A stretch of 64,000 nt of DNA from Felis catus (GCF_018350175.1 NC_058369.1:6574001-6638000); one strand, 5' to 3'. Counted from the first letter of the stretch, positions 36,786 through 49,689 are shown. Made by a program: numbers and translations. The notes: generated by a model from the sequence alone, not told the origin.

Positions 36786-37322
36786 TTAAAAAAATTTTTT
36801 TTTCAACATTTATTTATTTTTGGGACAGAGAGAGACAGAGCATGAACGGGGGAGGGGCAGAGAGAGAGAGGGAGACACAGAATCGGAAACAGGCTCCAGG
36901 CTCTGAGCCATCAGTCCAGAGCCTGACGCGGGGCTCGAACTCACGGACCGCGAGATTGTGACCTGAGCTGAAGTCGGACCCTTAACCGACTGCGCCACCC
37001 AGGCGCCCCTCTACAGCATTTTTCTATACTTGCTTTGCTACTTTCATTCCTCTATCATCCATCAATCCACCATTAAAAAAAAAAAAAGGCAGGGGTGGGC
37101 GCCTGGGTGGCTCAGTCGGTTAAACGTCCGACTTCGGCTCGGGTCATGATCTCACGGTTCGTGGGTTCGAGCCCCACGTCGGGCTGTGTGCTGACAGCTC
37201 GGAGCCTGGAGCCTGCTTTGGATTCTGTGTCTCCTTCTCTCTCTGCCCCTCCCCAGATCACACTCTGTCTCTCTCTCTCTCTCAAAAATGAATAAACATT
37301 AACAAAAATTAAAAAAAAAAAA
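36786..37322. mobile_element. Two CanSINEs (minus 36786-37009; plus ~37095-37322)
   Basis: Canonical bodies; TSD ctacagcatttttct around the first. Confidence 0.95.
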
Positions 37323-37399
37323 CATGTTGAAGTAGGTTGCAGACAGCAGTAGACTTCATCCCCAAACATTTTAGCACACAGAGTTAAAAAATCAGGGCT

Positions 37400-37720
37400 G
37401 GGAGATCTTTTGATGCAGCTTGGTGAATGGCTAGCTCTTTGCCACTGAGTTGGTTCTTCTCACGTGGACATCTCCCTGGGGTTGCTTGGGTACCTTCATG
37501 GGATGGCTGATGGCTTCCCCCATAGAGGAAGCAACCTAGGAGACTAAGAAGGGAGCTCCACTGTGTTTTAGGACATAGCCCCAGATATGACATACTGTCA
37601 CTTCTGCAACGTTGTGTTGCTCACTTGGGTCATGTCTGATTCAGTGTGGGAGGAGACCGCACAGGGCATGGGTACCAAGTGCAAGGACCCTTGGTGGCCA
37701 TCTTGGAGGCTAGCAGATGC
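37400..37720 (-). mobile_element. Old MaLR LTR fragment
   Basis: ctgtcacttctgc...gattcagtgtgggaggagac..cacagggcatg...ggccatcttggaggct is typical reverse-strand MLT1. Confidence 0.65.
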
Positions 37721-38099
37721 ACCCACCTCTCCTCTAGGCCACTTCTCTTCATCAGCCCAGAATTTCTTTGTTCTGCTCATTTTTCTCCTGAGAGCCTGGT
37801 TTCTGGTCATTGTAGCTGTTTGGAGCCTCATGAATTCATACGTGGCATTGGAACAACTTAGAAGGTCTCCTTTCTTCCTTTATTTCTTTTACTCCTCTCC
37901 CCTCTCTATCCCTCTCAGCCTTGACCCCAGCTCCAGCCTTTCTCATTCACTAGTGCCTCTTTGCGGAGATGATCTGAGGGTCAGCTGGGAATGGGTCTGC
38001 TAGGGCAGGAAATGTTGGAGGAAGTTTTGCTTCCTGAGCTCCTGTCTCTTGGATAATGAGAGCTTGGGGTCTCTGCTGGCTTATCAGGACTATGATTGC

Positions 38100-38130
38100 C
38101 TTCCTTCTTCTTCTTTTTAATGTTTATTGA

Positions 38131-38179
<49 letters not shown>

Positions 38180-38305
38180 GTAGAGAGGGAGTGGGAGGGA
38201 AAGAGGGAGGGAGAAAGAAGGGGAGAGGGGCAGAGGGAGAGGGAGGGAAAGGAGGAGGGAGGGAGAGAGAGAAAGGAGGGGATGGGGAGGAGGGAGGGAG
38301 GGAGG

Positions 38306-38354
<49 letters not shown>

Positions 38355-38489
38355 TATGAATGAATATCCTAGCAGGCTCCACACTGAGTGTGAAGCTTTA
38401 TGCAGGGTTCAATCGCATGACTGTGATGTCATGACCTGAGCTGAAATCAAGAGTCGGACACTTAACCAACTGAGCCACCCAGGTGCCCT
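38100..38489 (-). mobile_element. CanSINE with expanded GA/GGGA low-complexity tract
   Basis: SINE head at 38489; ~210 bp of (GA)n/GGGA at 38135-38348. Confidence 0.9.
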
Positions 38490-38499
38490 GATTGTCTTT

Positions 38500-39790
38500 T
38501 TTGTCCTGAGACGGGTCCTCAACATTCCCTAAGACGAGGGACATTTGGTTTGATGGGGCTCTACCTATCCACTATAACTTGGGGACAGAGATCTCTGTAT
38601 TGCACGAAGAGGCTGAGAAGTTACCTTCTGGGGCTCAGATGATTCTGTGCTTGGGATAAAGGAGGGTCCCTACAGGGGCAGTCATCTCATGTTGGGAGGA
38701 CTTGAGGGATTTACATTGTGGGCTTCCCTCCTCATTCGGTTGAGGGTGCTGCTTGCTGACCCTTCCATCAACTTTATTTTGTGACCATGGGAATAGATGC
38801 AGTTTTCTGGGACTGCTTGACACCTATGTTGGAGAACCTGGAGTCTTGCCTGTTGAAACTGGTATTGCTTCCCTTGGGGGAGACGGGTTGCTCTTTACTG
38901 GGGATATTCGTCTACCTGGTCTGGGGGAGTCAAGGGAGGCAAGCTGTGACTCGTGCTGAGTGAGAATGGTGGGGCATTTGCTGGGGCTTCTGTCTCCTTT
39001 AGTGTGTGGGGATTACAAGTTGCTTTTTGGGATTTCCATCATCACGAATCTTGGAGGGATATGGGGGAATCACTTGTTGAGACTTGTATCATCAGATGAA
39101 ACCCTCATGATGCTGGAGGTAACTGGGAAGTATGCGGCTGGGGCTCCTGTTGTCTCTGGTGCCAGGGGACTGTGAGGTCACTGCCTGCCTGGGGATCCCA
39201 TTTTTCAAGTGTTGGTGCGACAGGAAGGGGCCATGAAGAGGTTCCATGGTCTCTAATGTGAGGAGAGGATCAAGGGGATATTTGCATGGGTTTCCATGTA
39301 TCTCTAGTGATGGGGACTAGGGGAGTCTTTTTATATAGGTCACTCTTATCCAGTTTGGGGGTAGAACAAGAAGAGTCACTTTCTGGGTCTCCCCTTGCTT
39401 GTACTGTTGGTAGAGACTGGGGGGTGGTCAGTGGACTAAGACTCCCCACTGCCTAGTGTTGAGCAGCTGAAGGAGTCACTGCTGGGGCTGCCATCGCTTC
39501 TAGAATTAAAGCTACTGAAGGGGGTACTTGGAGTTCCTCTCGTTCCTACTTTTGGGGGGACTGGGGGGGTTGCTTGCTCAGACCCCGTCATTTGTGTTTG
39601 GGTAATGACAGTTGATATCTGAGGTCCCGTTGTCTCTAGTCCTGGGATGGAACTGGTGGTCCTCGGCTAGGGCGTCTGTCGTCTTACCTGGGATGTCGAC
39701 CGTGAGCAGCACTTGCTGGGGTTCCCGTAATGTCTGGTCTTGTGGGGGCGGACTGGGAGCTCTCTTGCAGCGGCTTACATCATCTCTAGC
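38500..39790. repeat. Highly degenerate ~48-bp tandem array
   Basis: Recurrent unit, consensus roughly GCTGGGGYTCCCRTYGTCTCTAGTGTTGGGGGGACTGGGGGAGTCACTT; about 14 units clear at 39135-39790, more diverged copies upstream. Confidence 0.7.
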
Positions 39791-39799
39791 TTTGGGCAA

Positions 39800-42540
39800 T
39801 CAGTTCAATGTGTTTTAAAGGTATTTTATTTTGAAAAAGTTTAGGCTTACATAAAAGTTGTGAAACTATACAGGGTTGTTTTACACAGTCAACATACATT
39901 TATATTTACTTACATTTTGTCTCCTGCTGATCTTGATTCTTGGAGCTATTTGTCTTCACATGAACTGACTTCCCTTCACCTGAAAACTCTCTTTAGTTTT
40001 TCTTGAGGTGCAGTTCTGCCGTTATTTCAGCTTTTGCTTTTTTACCCCCCCCCCCCCCCCCCCCGTTGGAACACGTCTTCCATTTTCTGCATTTTCAAAG
40101 AATATTTCTCTTAGGTCATTGAGTTTTACATTCGTGGTTAATACCCTACCCCCCCCCCCCCCACTCAACCCTTTGGGTGTTGGATGCTATTTTTTTGCTT
40201 CCATAGTTTCTTTTGAAAAATCTTCAGTCTTACTGTTGCTCCTTTGAAGGCAACATGTCCTTTCTTCAGTTGGTTTGAGGATTTGCAGCTTGTCTTTCTT
40301 TTTCTACAATTTTCCCACGTTTTCTCCGTTTTTAAAAAAACATATTATTCATAGTTGTTTTGAAGTCCTTGTCTGCTAACTCCAATATCTGGTCTCTGGG
40401 CCTGCTCCTATGGATTTCTATATTCTTCTTCTTTTTTTAATGTTTATTTTTGAGAGAGACAGAGACAGAGCGAGAGTGGGGGAGGGGCAGAAAGAGAGAG
40501 GGAGACACAGAGTCCAGGCTCAGAGCTGTCAGCACAGAGCCCGATGCGGGGCTCAAACTCACAAACTGTGAGATCATGACCTGAGCTGAAGGCAGACGTT
40601 TAACCGACTGAGCCACCCAGGTGCCCCTAGATTTCTATATTCTTAATTGACAATATCTTCCTGCAGACTTTGCGTGTCTATTGCTCTTGTTTGCTGGATC
40701 TTGTGAACAATATACTTGGTAGATGTTCTTAATTATGGTACCTTCCTCTAAAGATTAGGTTTCGTTATGGCAGGAGTTATAGTACTAATGGGCCACCTTG
40801 AGCCTCTGAAGTCTAGATTTTAGCCTCTAAAAGCACAGATCTATTTCAGTTTTGCACTGACTTCTAAGATGCAGTCCTTACTTGTAGTGCATGGTACTTA
40901 CTGTCAGGGGGTGACATTTGTAGGGGCATAATTAAAAACCTTTCTTTTTTTCCCTCTTTTTCTTTCTCTTTTTTCTTTCCTTCCCTCCCTCCATTTCTTT
41001 TCCTTTCTTCCTCCCTCTTTTCTCTTTTTTATTTTCCTTTTCCTTCCCTTCCTCTCCCCTCATCTTCCTTTCCTTCTCCCGTCTCTTTCTCTCTTTTCTT
41101 CTCTCATCATTCCACTCCAGATGGGTCCAAAAACCAACCTCCAACTACTGGCATGTATGATCTCTGAATTTTCTGCACAATCTTCAGCTTTCTCTAGCTA
41201 CTCTCTTCTAAGCCTCCTGTAGTCTTTCTCTGTACATGCACAGCTTAGGTGTTATTTAAGGACCTGAGGGGAATTTTTAGGCAGATTTTTGGGGCTTCTT
41301 CTTTGTCAACCTTTATGTTACATGAAAAGAAATTCAGACATTTTAGGAGCAGGTTCTATATTCCCTGTGACAGCCCTCTATTTCTCCAAAGAGTGCTGTT
41401 TTTGTTTTTTGTTTTTGTTTTTAAAAAAAAGAATATTACCTTAGAAACCAAGATCTCAGTGGGTGATAGATATTCTCATTGCTACTAGGCCTCCTGAGCT
41501 GATAGTGTACTATCCTATGCACATGCGTGTGTGTGCACACAAACATCTATCCATCCACCTATCAAAAAGCATGGATTCATACAGATACCTCCAATTCCAA
41601 TCCACTCCAACGCCACAGTGTTTATTCTAGCCTTCTCTCTTTCCTTGTTTGCAACTTATCTCTTTGAGAGTAAGAAACTGGCTTTCATAATCTACCACAT
41701 ATTTACTTGTTCAACTCTAGTACACACAATCTAGTTTCACAATCGCTAATCCACACCATTGTAAGAAACCCATTTTCAACCAGAGGGTTTCCAGACAATT
41801 CTTTTCATAGTCAGCCTTACATCTCTTGTCAAAATATACAGTTTTCCAGAGTAAATTTGGATTTCTTCCTTGCGATTATGTTATTCATTTGTATAGTTAG
41901 GCTCCTGTATTATAGTTTATTCTATTTTGCATTCCCTCTGCTACCTGGTGGATTTTTTTAACCGACAGTAATAGTCTTTATGCTGTCTAGTTCTATGGGT
42001 TTTGGCAAGCGTCTAGAGTTGTGTCCATCAACACAGCCACGAGAGAACAATTCCATCCCTCCCAAATTCCTTTCAGTTGCCCCTTTGTAGTCATTCCCCC
42101 CTCTCTCTTACTCCTTGTCCCTGAAAACCACTGATTTGTTGTCCTTCCCTACAGTTTTGCCTTTTACTAAATGTCATACAATGTAATCATACAAGAAATG
42201 GCTTTTCATGTCTGGCTTCTTTCACTTAGCAAAATAAATCAAGTTGAGGCAGGAGTTGCATACAGTTCAATGTATGTATCTTGAGTGTATCATTCAATAC
42301 ATTTTGACAATTGCATATACTTATGTAACCTACACTCCCATTGAGATATAGAACATTCTCCTCACTCCATGAAGTTCCTTCCCGTCACATCTCAGTGTGT
42401 TTAGATACAACCACCATTTTGATTTTTTTTTCCTATCACAGATTTTTTTTTTTTTTTTTGCTATTCTTGGAATTTAGAGTCTCATATAATATTTACTCTT
42501 TTTTTTGTGTGTGGCTTATTTTGCTCAGCACATTCCTATG
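39800..42540 (-). mobile_element. Mosaic of old L1M fragments with a CanSINE (40425-40627) and a pyrimidine tract (40940-41105)
   Basis: T-rich antisense L1M 3' and ORF1 motifs (ttgccttttactaaatgtcata; gtctggcttctttcacttagc); SINE TSD gatttctatattctt. Confidence 0.7.
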
Positions 42541-44339
42541 ATGTTTCAATTAGGTTATAATAAAAGATAAAATAATGTTTCCTATATATATATATACCAG
42601 AAGCCCCATAAATGCTTTACATATGTTAACTAATTGAATACTTAATACAAGTCTACAAAGTAGGCCTTCTATCATTTCTATTTGACAGATGAAGAAATGA
42701 AACTTTGGGACAAGAAGTTTGTCACTTGCTTGAGGTAACCATCTCTAAAGGAGAGAACCAAGATTGGGCAGAACAAGAGACTGAACTCTGATAAGGTCAA
42801 AACGGAGATGCCAGTTGCTCTCACGGGGAGGTCCAGGGCTGAGGTGGCCTTTCAGGGTATCACAAATCGAGGCAAAGGAATCTGGGCATTTGCACTCCCC
42901 GTAGGAACCAGTCATTGGAAGTGGGCTACCCCGGGGTGGGGGCGGACTTAGCCTTAGGTGTGGTACTTCCCTTTGGCCTAAGAGAATTCCTGACAGCATG
43001 GCGGCACAAGCCATTAGAACCCTTCCAGCAGCGGGGGCATGAGTGCCTTAAAGAGTCCTGAAAGAAGGATCTGAGAAATGTACCACCGTCTCCATTATGG
43101 CGCAACACTTAGGCCACTCAGATGCACTTGCTTCTTGGAAGTGAACGCACACGAGATTCTGGTTAGTCCTCTTGCTTGGAGAAACTTACAAGAGGAAGAT
43201 CGGTGAACAAATTACAGATCGCTCTCGACAGCAGCTTTTCGCGGTGCTGCGACTGATACTTAGCCGCCACACTTCTACCATCCCATCCTCGATTCCCTTC
43301 ACCCATAACTACGAGGGTGAGGTCTGGTCTGGATCCTCACCCCTGAGGAGTCTGAACATCTGGCCAATAGGCCCTTCTCAGGATATAGCTGCTACGTTTA
43401 TTTATCAAAAACAAACAAAAACCTGGGGTAAGAGACATGCCAAAGGATTGCCTGAGTGCCAAATGTCCTCTGCCCTTACTGTGTAACAGAAGCCCCACAT
43501 CAGCTGGCATAGGGTTACCTATGCAATCATAAAGCTCCATGGGACCCTTACTTTGCTGGTAAAAAGCCCTCTGGTAACTCGGGCTTTTAGGTTATTTTTG
43601 TGATTTCCTCCCAAGAGTCCCCTGACCTACCTTATATGAAGAACACGTGTGAAGGCAACTGTTCTAGACTACGGGTGGGAGCATCAGTGCTTTGACGATA
43701 CCCAGATGGCACAGCGGCTGCTACAATTCAGGTATGTGAACTTTCTACGCAGGTGACTGACAAAAGTAGATTCTGAGAAGCAAACGGGGTGAAAAGTTCT
43801 GAATAGCTTCCATTTGCCCCAGTGGACCCACTTTCTCTACCTTTGAGTCTAGTAACATTAATCAATATGAACTACATCAGTGGGATTCCTTGCCTTGTGG
43901 CCTTTGGTTGGGTTTGGTCAATGGGGACCCTAGGCATGAAATCAGAAGGATGAAAGAAGGGGACGTCTAGCTCTGGCTATTTCTTGCAGAACGTGGAGCT
44001 GGATGCTACCCCCGACCCCCTCCCCCCAGCTCCTGGAATGCAGTTCTTTCCTCTCTTGTCTGTGGATTTCAGTAATTGTTCCCTTCTCTTATCCTTTCAG
44101 GGGTAGGGATGTTAATAGAGCCCTGGCCTTACCCGCTACTGGGTACCAACGACTTCTTGTGGTTTTCCTCCATCCTGTCCACAACTCTGTGAGTAGCCTC
44201 TTTATGAAAACTCTACTTGAAGTGTCCTAGTCTGTGTCAGTTGCTTCCTGCTGGGACTCTGACTGGCATGCCAGCTCATTCAAAGTATAAGAAAAAGTCC
44301 TAATGGGACAATAAAATCCAACAAGATCAAGATCCACCA

Positions 44340-44990
44340 CGTCTCTGACCACATCATCCTCCATCACACCCTCACTACACCCCCAGCTCGTTCTACGCTC
44401 ATCTCGTTGGCTGCTCTGCGGCGGGACTTTGCATGCCAAGCCTGCTCTTGCCACACACATTGACTCACTGTGCCAACTCGTTAAGGTCTCTGCTCAAGTG
44501 TCCCTTGGCTAAGAGGCCTTCCCTTCCTATTTTATATACAACGGTAAGATCCCAATCCCCCCTTAACTATTTTATCATGCTTTGCTTTTCTGATCAACAC
44601 TTAAAACAGCAAGTCTTATTGCTTTTTCTATAATCTGTCTTCCCCCATTAGAATGTAAGTGCTTCAATAGCAAAACGTACATTTCATGCATTGCTATAAA
44701 CACCAGTGTCGCAAACAGTGCCTGGCATATAGAATATACTCAGTAGATAGACTAGTGGTTAAGAGCACAGATGGGGTTCAAACCTGGGCTCTACTATTTA
44801 CTAGCCAGTGAGTTCAGGCAAGTTACCAGTATATCATGTTAGTTTTCTCATCTGTAAAATGGGAATAATAATAGTACATACTTCTTAAGCTTATACTGAG
44901 TACTCAATAAGTTCGTATTTTCATAAGGCATTCAGAAAAGTGCCTCAGCTATAGGAAGGGCTACATAAATGTTTAGTCATTTATTAACGT
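44340..44990 (+). mobile_element. L2 3' end followed by MIR
   Basis: aggtctctgctcaagtgtccc...tagaatgtaag...acagtgcctggcatatag..actcagta; then tagtggttaagagcac...ctcatctgtaaaatgggaataata. Confidence 0.8.
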
Positions 44991-46249
44991 ACTGAAATAC
45001 TTCATTATAAAAAAATGACCCCTATATAAAAAGGAACAATTCACAAGGAAAAAAAACTAATCCTGAGTGTATTTAGTTATACATCCAAATATATAAAGAA
45101 AAAAATGACAGAAATGACAAAAAACAAAAACAAAAACAAAACAAAACCCCGTTAATCCATATCCTTAGAAGAAGACTTTAATAGACATCTACCACTAAAT
45201 AAGTTTGAGGACAAAAACCTGAATGTACATACTATATCTGAAAACACAATTAACTTGAGTTAATGGGCACATAGTCTACATCGAAAACTTAGAGAATATA
45301 CATTATTTTCAAAGAAACATGGAACACTTATCAAATGGGATCAACTAATAGGTTTCCTAGTTAGATATTGCATTCGGCTGGACATGAACAGAACACTACC
45401 TCAAAAACAAACCCCCCGAGAAAAAGACTTTGGCTTCAACCAGTTAGAGGTTACTTTTAATCATGTAAGGAGTAGTTTGGGCATAAGCAGTCCAGAGCTG
45501 AGACCGCCAATCAGAGGTCCGGGGGGAGCCCATGTCACTGTCATTTTATGCTGCACTATGGTGTCTGGCATCACGATCAAAATAGAGTGCTTCCGACTCT
45601 TGGCCTTGAGTCGACTTTCAAGAGAAAGCACGGGTAAGACGAACAGGATACAGGTGGGGAACGAGCCAGATGGTGTTCTTCCCAGTGACTTCTACCTACT
45701 CCTCATGGTCAGCAGAGCCAGGCAATACCTCTCTGGGCCTCAGAGAAGCCTTATAAGTTGCGCATTTTTAATCCTGCTCATTGACAACTTGAATGACAAC
45801 AAAAACATTTTTTACGTAAATGAGTGGGGGACGATGGGCATTGGGAAAGAAGCTAAACAAAATGCCATACTAGAGGAGAAAGATAAAAAACAATTAGCAT
45901 CGTAAAGTCCGCTTACCTGACAAAAATGCCATTAAACTAGAAAAAGTATATAGTAAATACGGTCTAATTTCCACTAATGATAAACTAATTCACTCAGGAG
46001 ATATTCAGAAATGTCTTTTTGGATATGCTATGTACTGATGTTTTTAAAGAGTAAATTAGAGTTAACATGTTACATACAAAACTATGGAACATAATTTAAG
46101 GTTTATTTTAGGTATGGCTATAGACGTGTTTATACTAAAACAAAAAGACTGAAAATTAATGAACTAGTGGCCCGATCTTAGGATGAGATAAAGGTAAACC
46201 CACACTCAAAATCGATAATTTCCATTCCCAGTTTAACTTATTTTGTGGC

Positions 46250-47000
46250 CCCTCAGTAAAGAGCTGAGGCATCACTTTTCTAGGGTTTCCCTACAATGTG
46301 AGTTCTCACAAACCAACAAAGAATCACTGAAAGATTTTTTCCAAATTGATACAACTTTTGCCTCCAAAGAAAACTTCCTATTTTTCCTAATGTAAGAGGT
46401 ATCATCAAAGGCATTCCCTCAGTCTTTATATTCACAAGTGTCTTTGCAGTGAATTCTGTTTCCTAAGGAATGTGGAAAAATGACTTTCCAGTACTGATGA
46501 CATTCGAAGGGAATTTCTCTCCAGAATAAACCCTCGTGTCTCTTAAAAACTGAGAGAACATTCGAGGCTTTCCCACAGTAATTGTATTCGGAATCTCTCC
46601 CCATCTTTCGCTCAGTAATGCAAACGCTTGTGCTGAAGGGTTTCCCACATTCCTTTTAGGATTCCTCTGTAGTGATTTCTCACATGTGCTCTATGGGATG
46701 AGTGTCGCTGAAGGCTTTTGCATTCTGAGGATAGTCTTAAGATTTTTCCCTTAGTGTGAACTGTTATGTGACTCCCTAGAGATATCACTGAAGGCTTTCC
46801 TATAGCTACTGCGCTCCTCAGGTTTCTCTCCACACATGATCTTTTGTGCACATTAGGGTGAGTTTGAGCTGAAAGCTTACCACAAAGATTGCACTCATGA
46901 GGTTTCTCTCCAGAGGGAATTGACTTAAGTTACCGAGGGCTACTTCATATACAATAGAGTGACAGAATGAGAGTCTGCTAAAAGCTTTTCTTCACTGATT
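46250..47000 (-). pseudogene. Degenerate C2H2 zinc-finger relics in the ZNF558 3' region
   Basis: Periodic remnants of [11 protein letters not shown] on the minus strand (e.g. YSGEKFPSNV, ECHQYWKVIF, EYNYCGKAS, SGEKPHECNLCGKL) with stops and frameshifts. Confidence 0.75.
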
Positions 47001-47124
47001 TCATGGAAACTCCTCAGATGGTTCCTTATGATCTGTCTCCTTATGTTCCTTATGATCTGTGTGTGTGTGTGTATATATATGTATACACACACACACACCC
47101 TGTGTTGTTTCTTTCCACTCTGTA

Positions 47125-47541
47125 AGCAATACAGTACGGAAGAAATGATAGTATGTCCTCCTGAGGATGGGTCAAAAAAGACAATGTGGCTTCTGCATTA
47201 GCTCTCCTGTAGATCAAATGCTTTGGGAGGAACCTGATGCTACATCATGAAGATACTTGGCCCTCTGGAGAGTGAAGTAATGAAGATTCTCTGCCAACAA
47301 CTGGCATTAACTTGCTAGACATGTGAGTGAGCCATTCTGGAAGCAGATTCTGTATCAGTAAAGACTCCGATGATTGTGGCTCCAGCAGACATCTTGATTT
47401 CACCTCATGACAGATTCTGCGCCAGGACTACACAGCTAAGTTGCTTCCAGATTCCCGACCTACAGAAATTATAATAAATGTATGAGGTTTGAAGCCACTA
47501 TGTTTTGGAGGGAAATTTGTTAGGCAGCAGCAGATAACTCA
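47125..47541 (+). mobile_element. MaLR LTR (MLT1-type) inside the ZNF558 3'UTR
   Basis: catgtgagtgagccattctggaagcagattc; gctaagttgcttccagattcccgacctacagaaa; aagccactatgttttggagg..atttgttaggcagcagcagataact. Confidence 0.85.
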
Positions 47542-47611
47542 CCCATCTAGTGAGTTACCATCAGTTGTCTGAGGGTTAAGAGATCAATGAACGCTTTCCT
47601 AATTACTGTAC

Positions 47612-48394
47612 TCATATCCACCTATTATGAATTCTCTTGTGCACAGAAAGGTAAGAGTTAGTGGTGAAAGATTTTCCACAATGATTACATTCGTAGGGTT
47701 TCTCTCCAGTGTGAGTCCTCACGTGTTTCTTAACAGCAGAGAGATTATTGAATGCTTTCCCACAGTTACTGCATTCATAGGGTTTCTCCCCAGTGTGAAT
47801 TCTCTTGTGCACAGTAAGAGAAAAGCTACTGCTGAAGGATTTTCCACACTGATCACACTCATAGGGTTTTTCTCCAGTATGAGTTCTCATGTGCTGGGTC
47901 AGATAGGAGCTCTTCCTAAAGGCTTTCCCACAGTCGTGGCACTCATAAGGTTTCTCCCCCGTATGAATACTATTATGCCCGGTGAGGGAGGACCTCGTGC
48001 TGAAGGCCTTGCCACATTGATTACATTCATGGTGATTCTCTCTCGTATGAATTCTCTTGTGGCTTTTGAGGTTACAACTGGTGCGGAAGACGTGGAAACA
48101 CTGATTACATTCATAGGGTTTTTCTCCAGTGTGAATTCTCACGTGCAGCCTAAGGGATGAGGGATCATTGAAGGCTTTGCCACAGTCTGTGCATTCATAG
48201 GGCTTCTCCCCATTGTGTATCCTCTTGTGAATGGTCAGGTAGGATCTACTGCTGAAGGACTTGCCACATTGATTACAGTCATAGGGTTTTTCTCCAGTAT
48301 GAATTCTCTTGTGCTGAGTGAGGTTAGATTTTGTGCTGAAGACTTTAAAGCACTGATTACATTCATTGACTTTCACTCCGAGATGATTTCTTTC
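47612..48394 (-). CDS. ZNF558: Zinc finger protein 558, last coding exon (9 C2H2 fingers)
   Basis: Acceptor taacag|GAA at 48394. Translation [32 protein letters not shown]...[15 protein letters not shown] closely matches human ZNF558, including the HNRWI terminus; 783 nt open. Confidence 0.96.
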   Translation of the reverse strand, partial: ERNHLGVKVNECNQCFKVFSTKSNLTQHKRIHTGEKPYDCNQCGKSFSSRSYLTIHKRIHNGEKPYECTDCGKAFNDPSSLRLHVRIHTGEKPYECNQCFHVFRTSCNLKSHKRIHTRENHHECNQCGKAFSTRSSLTGHNSIHTGEKPYECHDCGKAFRKSSYLTQHMRTHTGEKPYECDQCGKSFSSSFSLTVHKRIHTGEKPYECSNCGKAFNNLSAVKKHVRTHTGEKPYECNHCGKSFTTNSYLSVHKRIHNRWI

Positions 48395-48875
48395 CTGTTA
48401 AGAGATGAATGATAACTATCATTTATAGTATTTTTAATATTTAATGAATTTTATGTCATAGGAATTCTCTTTTTCAGGAATTCTGTTACATTATTACAAT
48501 TGACATTTTGGCTATTTTCAGTGCTTGTATGTGGCTTCTGCCAAGTTTGAGCTGTTAGAAGTTAAAAAAGAAGGATGCTTTGCCACAAATCCTTATCATA
48601 TTCACAGAGCATCTTCTGATAAACTTAAGACCACTTTATATTTCAATGATCAATATCGTAGTCACATTTAAGGAAATATTTACAAGTGGAAACTCCCAGT
48701 GAAGAAACAAGTTTGGAGCTAACTTACGGTTTTCTCCAAATTCACAACTTTTCACAGTCTCTCTCCAGAGACAAAATTTCCTCATGTGTAAATGATACTA
48801 TGACTGTTTACTTTGTGACTTTTCTAACTTACTTTCCTACTGTAAAAAAACAGACATCAGCCAGGTTGGTCTTAC

Positions 48876-48958
48876 CGCTTTAATACCATTGGAATGTTCT
48901 TTTCTAAAAACGTGCTTCTTAGGAGTTAACCATTTGGCTTTAAGTACAGTCTCCAAAC
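48876..48958 (-). CDS. ZNF558: ZNF558 linker exon (83 bp)
   Basis: tttcag|GTTTGGAG...AAAGCG|gtaag; (G)LETVLKAKWLTPKKHVFRKEHSNGIKA; phase is compatible with both neighbouring exons. Confidence 0.94.
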
Positions 48959-49593
48959 CTGAAACAAATTGAAAACAAATTTAAGTTGATGGAGGAAAGG
49001 AATAGTAAAGTACATACATGAGTAAAGGCAGACTCTGAGGGATCAAGGTTTTGAGGAAGTTTGCCATGAAAGGGATGTGAGTATGAAAACTATAGGTATT
49101 AAAGGATTCTAGAAGGATTAAGACTGATCAGAGATTTACAAAAGAAGGGATTATCAGGAATGCAAAGTAGGAAGGAATTGGATAAAGTGCTCCTATGAGA
49201 TTTAAACTTAAATGTATTAGCATTGTCCGATGACAGACAGCAGCTACACTTGTGGTGAGCACAGTATAACTTATAAACTTATCAAATCACTACGTTGTGC
49301 ACCTGAAACTGATGTAACACTATATGTTAAGTACACTTCAAAGGAAAAGAGATACGTCTTTTTTCCCCCCTGAGTTCAAGGTAACACATGAGATGTTGAA
49401 CAGAAAGGTAAAAAGAAGGAACATACACGAAGAAGCTCATACCAAATGTTCTTGACCATCTCTGCCAGAAAAAAGGACATGTTACAAACTTTCCTGATTG
49501 ACATTTCCTGAATGTACTATTCCCATGCCCCAAATCACTGGCCAGACCTATTCCTCAAGAAGACTCCTATCCGCCTGTCCACCTGGTGCTCAC

Positions 49594-49689
49594 CTGGACA
49601 GGTGCCTGGAAGAATTCCTCGCTCCTGTGTCATCACTTTGTCTTCTTGCTCCAGCTGGGAGGTCAGACTGGGTTTATCAACATGACACC
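49594..49689 (-). CDS. ZNF558: ZNF558 KRAB-B exon (96 bp)
   Basis: aaatag|GGTGTCAT...TGTCCAG|gtgag; GCHVDKPSLTSQLEQEDKVMTQERGILPGTCP. Confidence 0.94.

Noticed and set aside
38096..38439. ER/LS dipeptide-repeat ORFs
   Set aside because: Translations of the expanded (GA)n tract of a SINE.
38500..39790. CRISPR-like repeat-spacer interpretation
   Set aside because: Mammalian DNA; the units are contiguous and degenerate, with no identical repeats, unique spacers or cas genes.
45384..45905. 173-aa ORF
   Set aside because: No recognisable homology; lies on sequence that looks like an old LTR fragment.
46102..46107. Minus-strand AATAAA as the ZNF558 polyA signal
   Set aside because: The distance (~1.5 kb from the stop) is plausible, but a hexamer in AT-rich DNA cannot be supported without transcript data.
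47627..48412. Plus-strand ORFs (177 aa, 65 aa)
   Set aside because: Antisense shadow of the zinc-finger exon.
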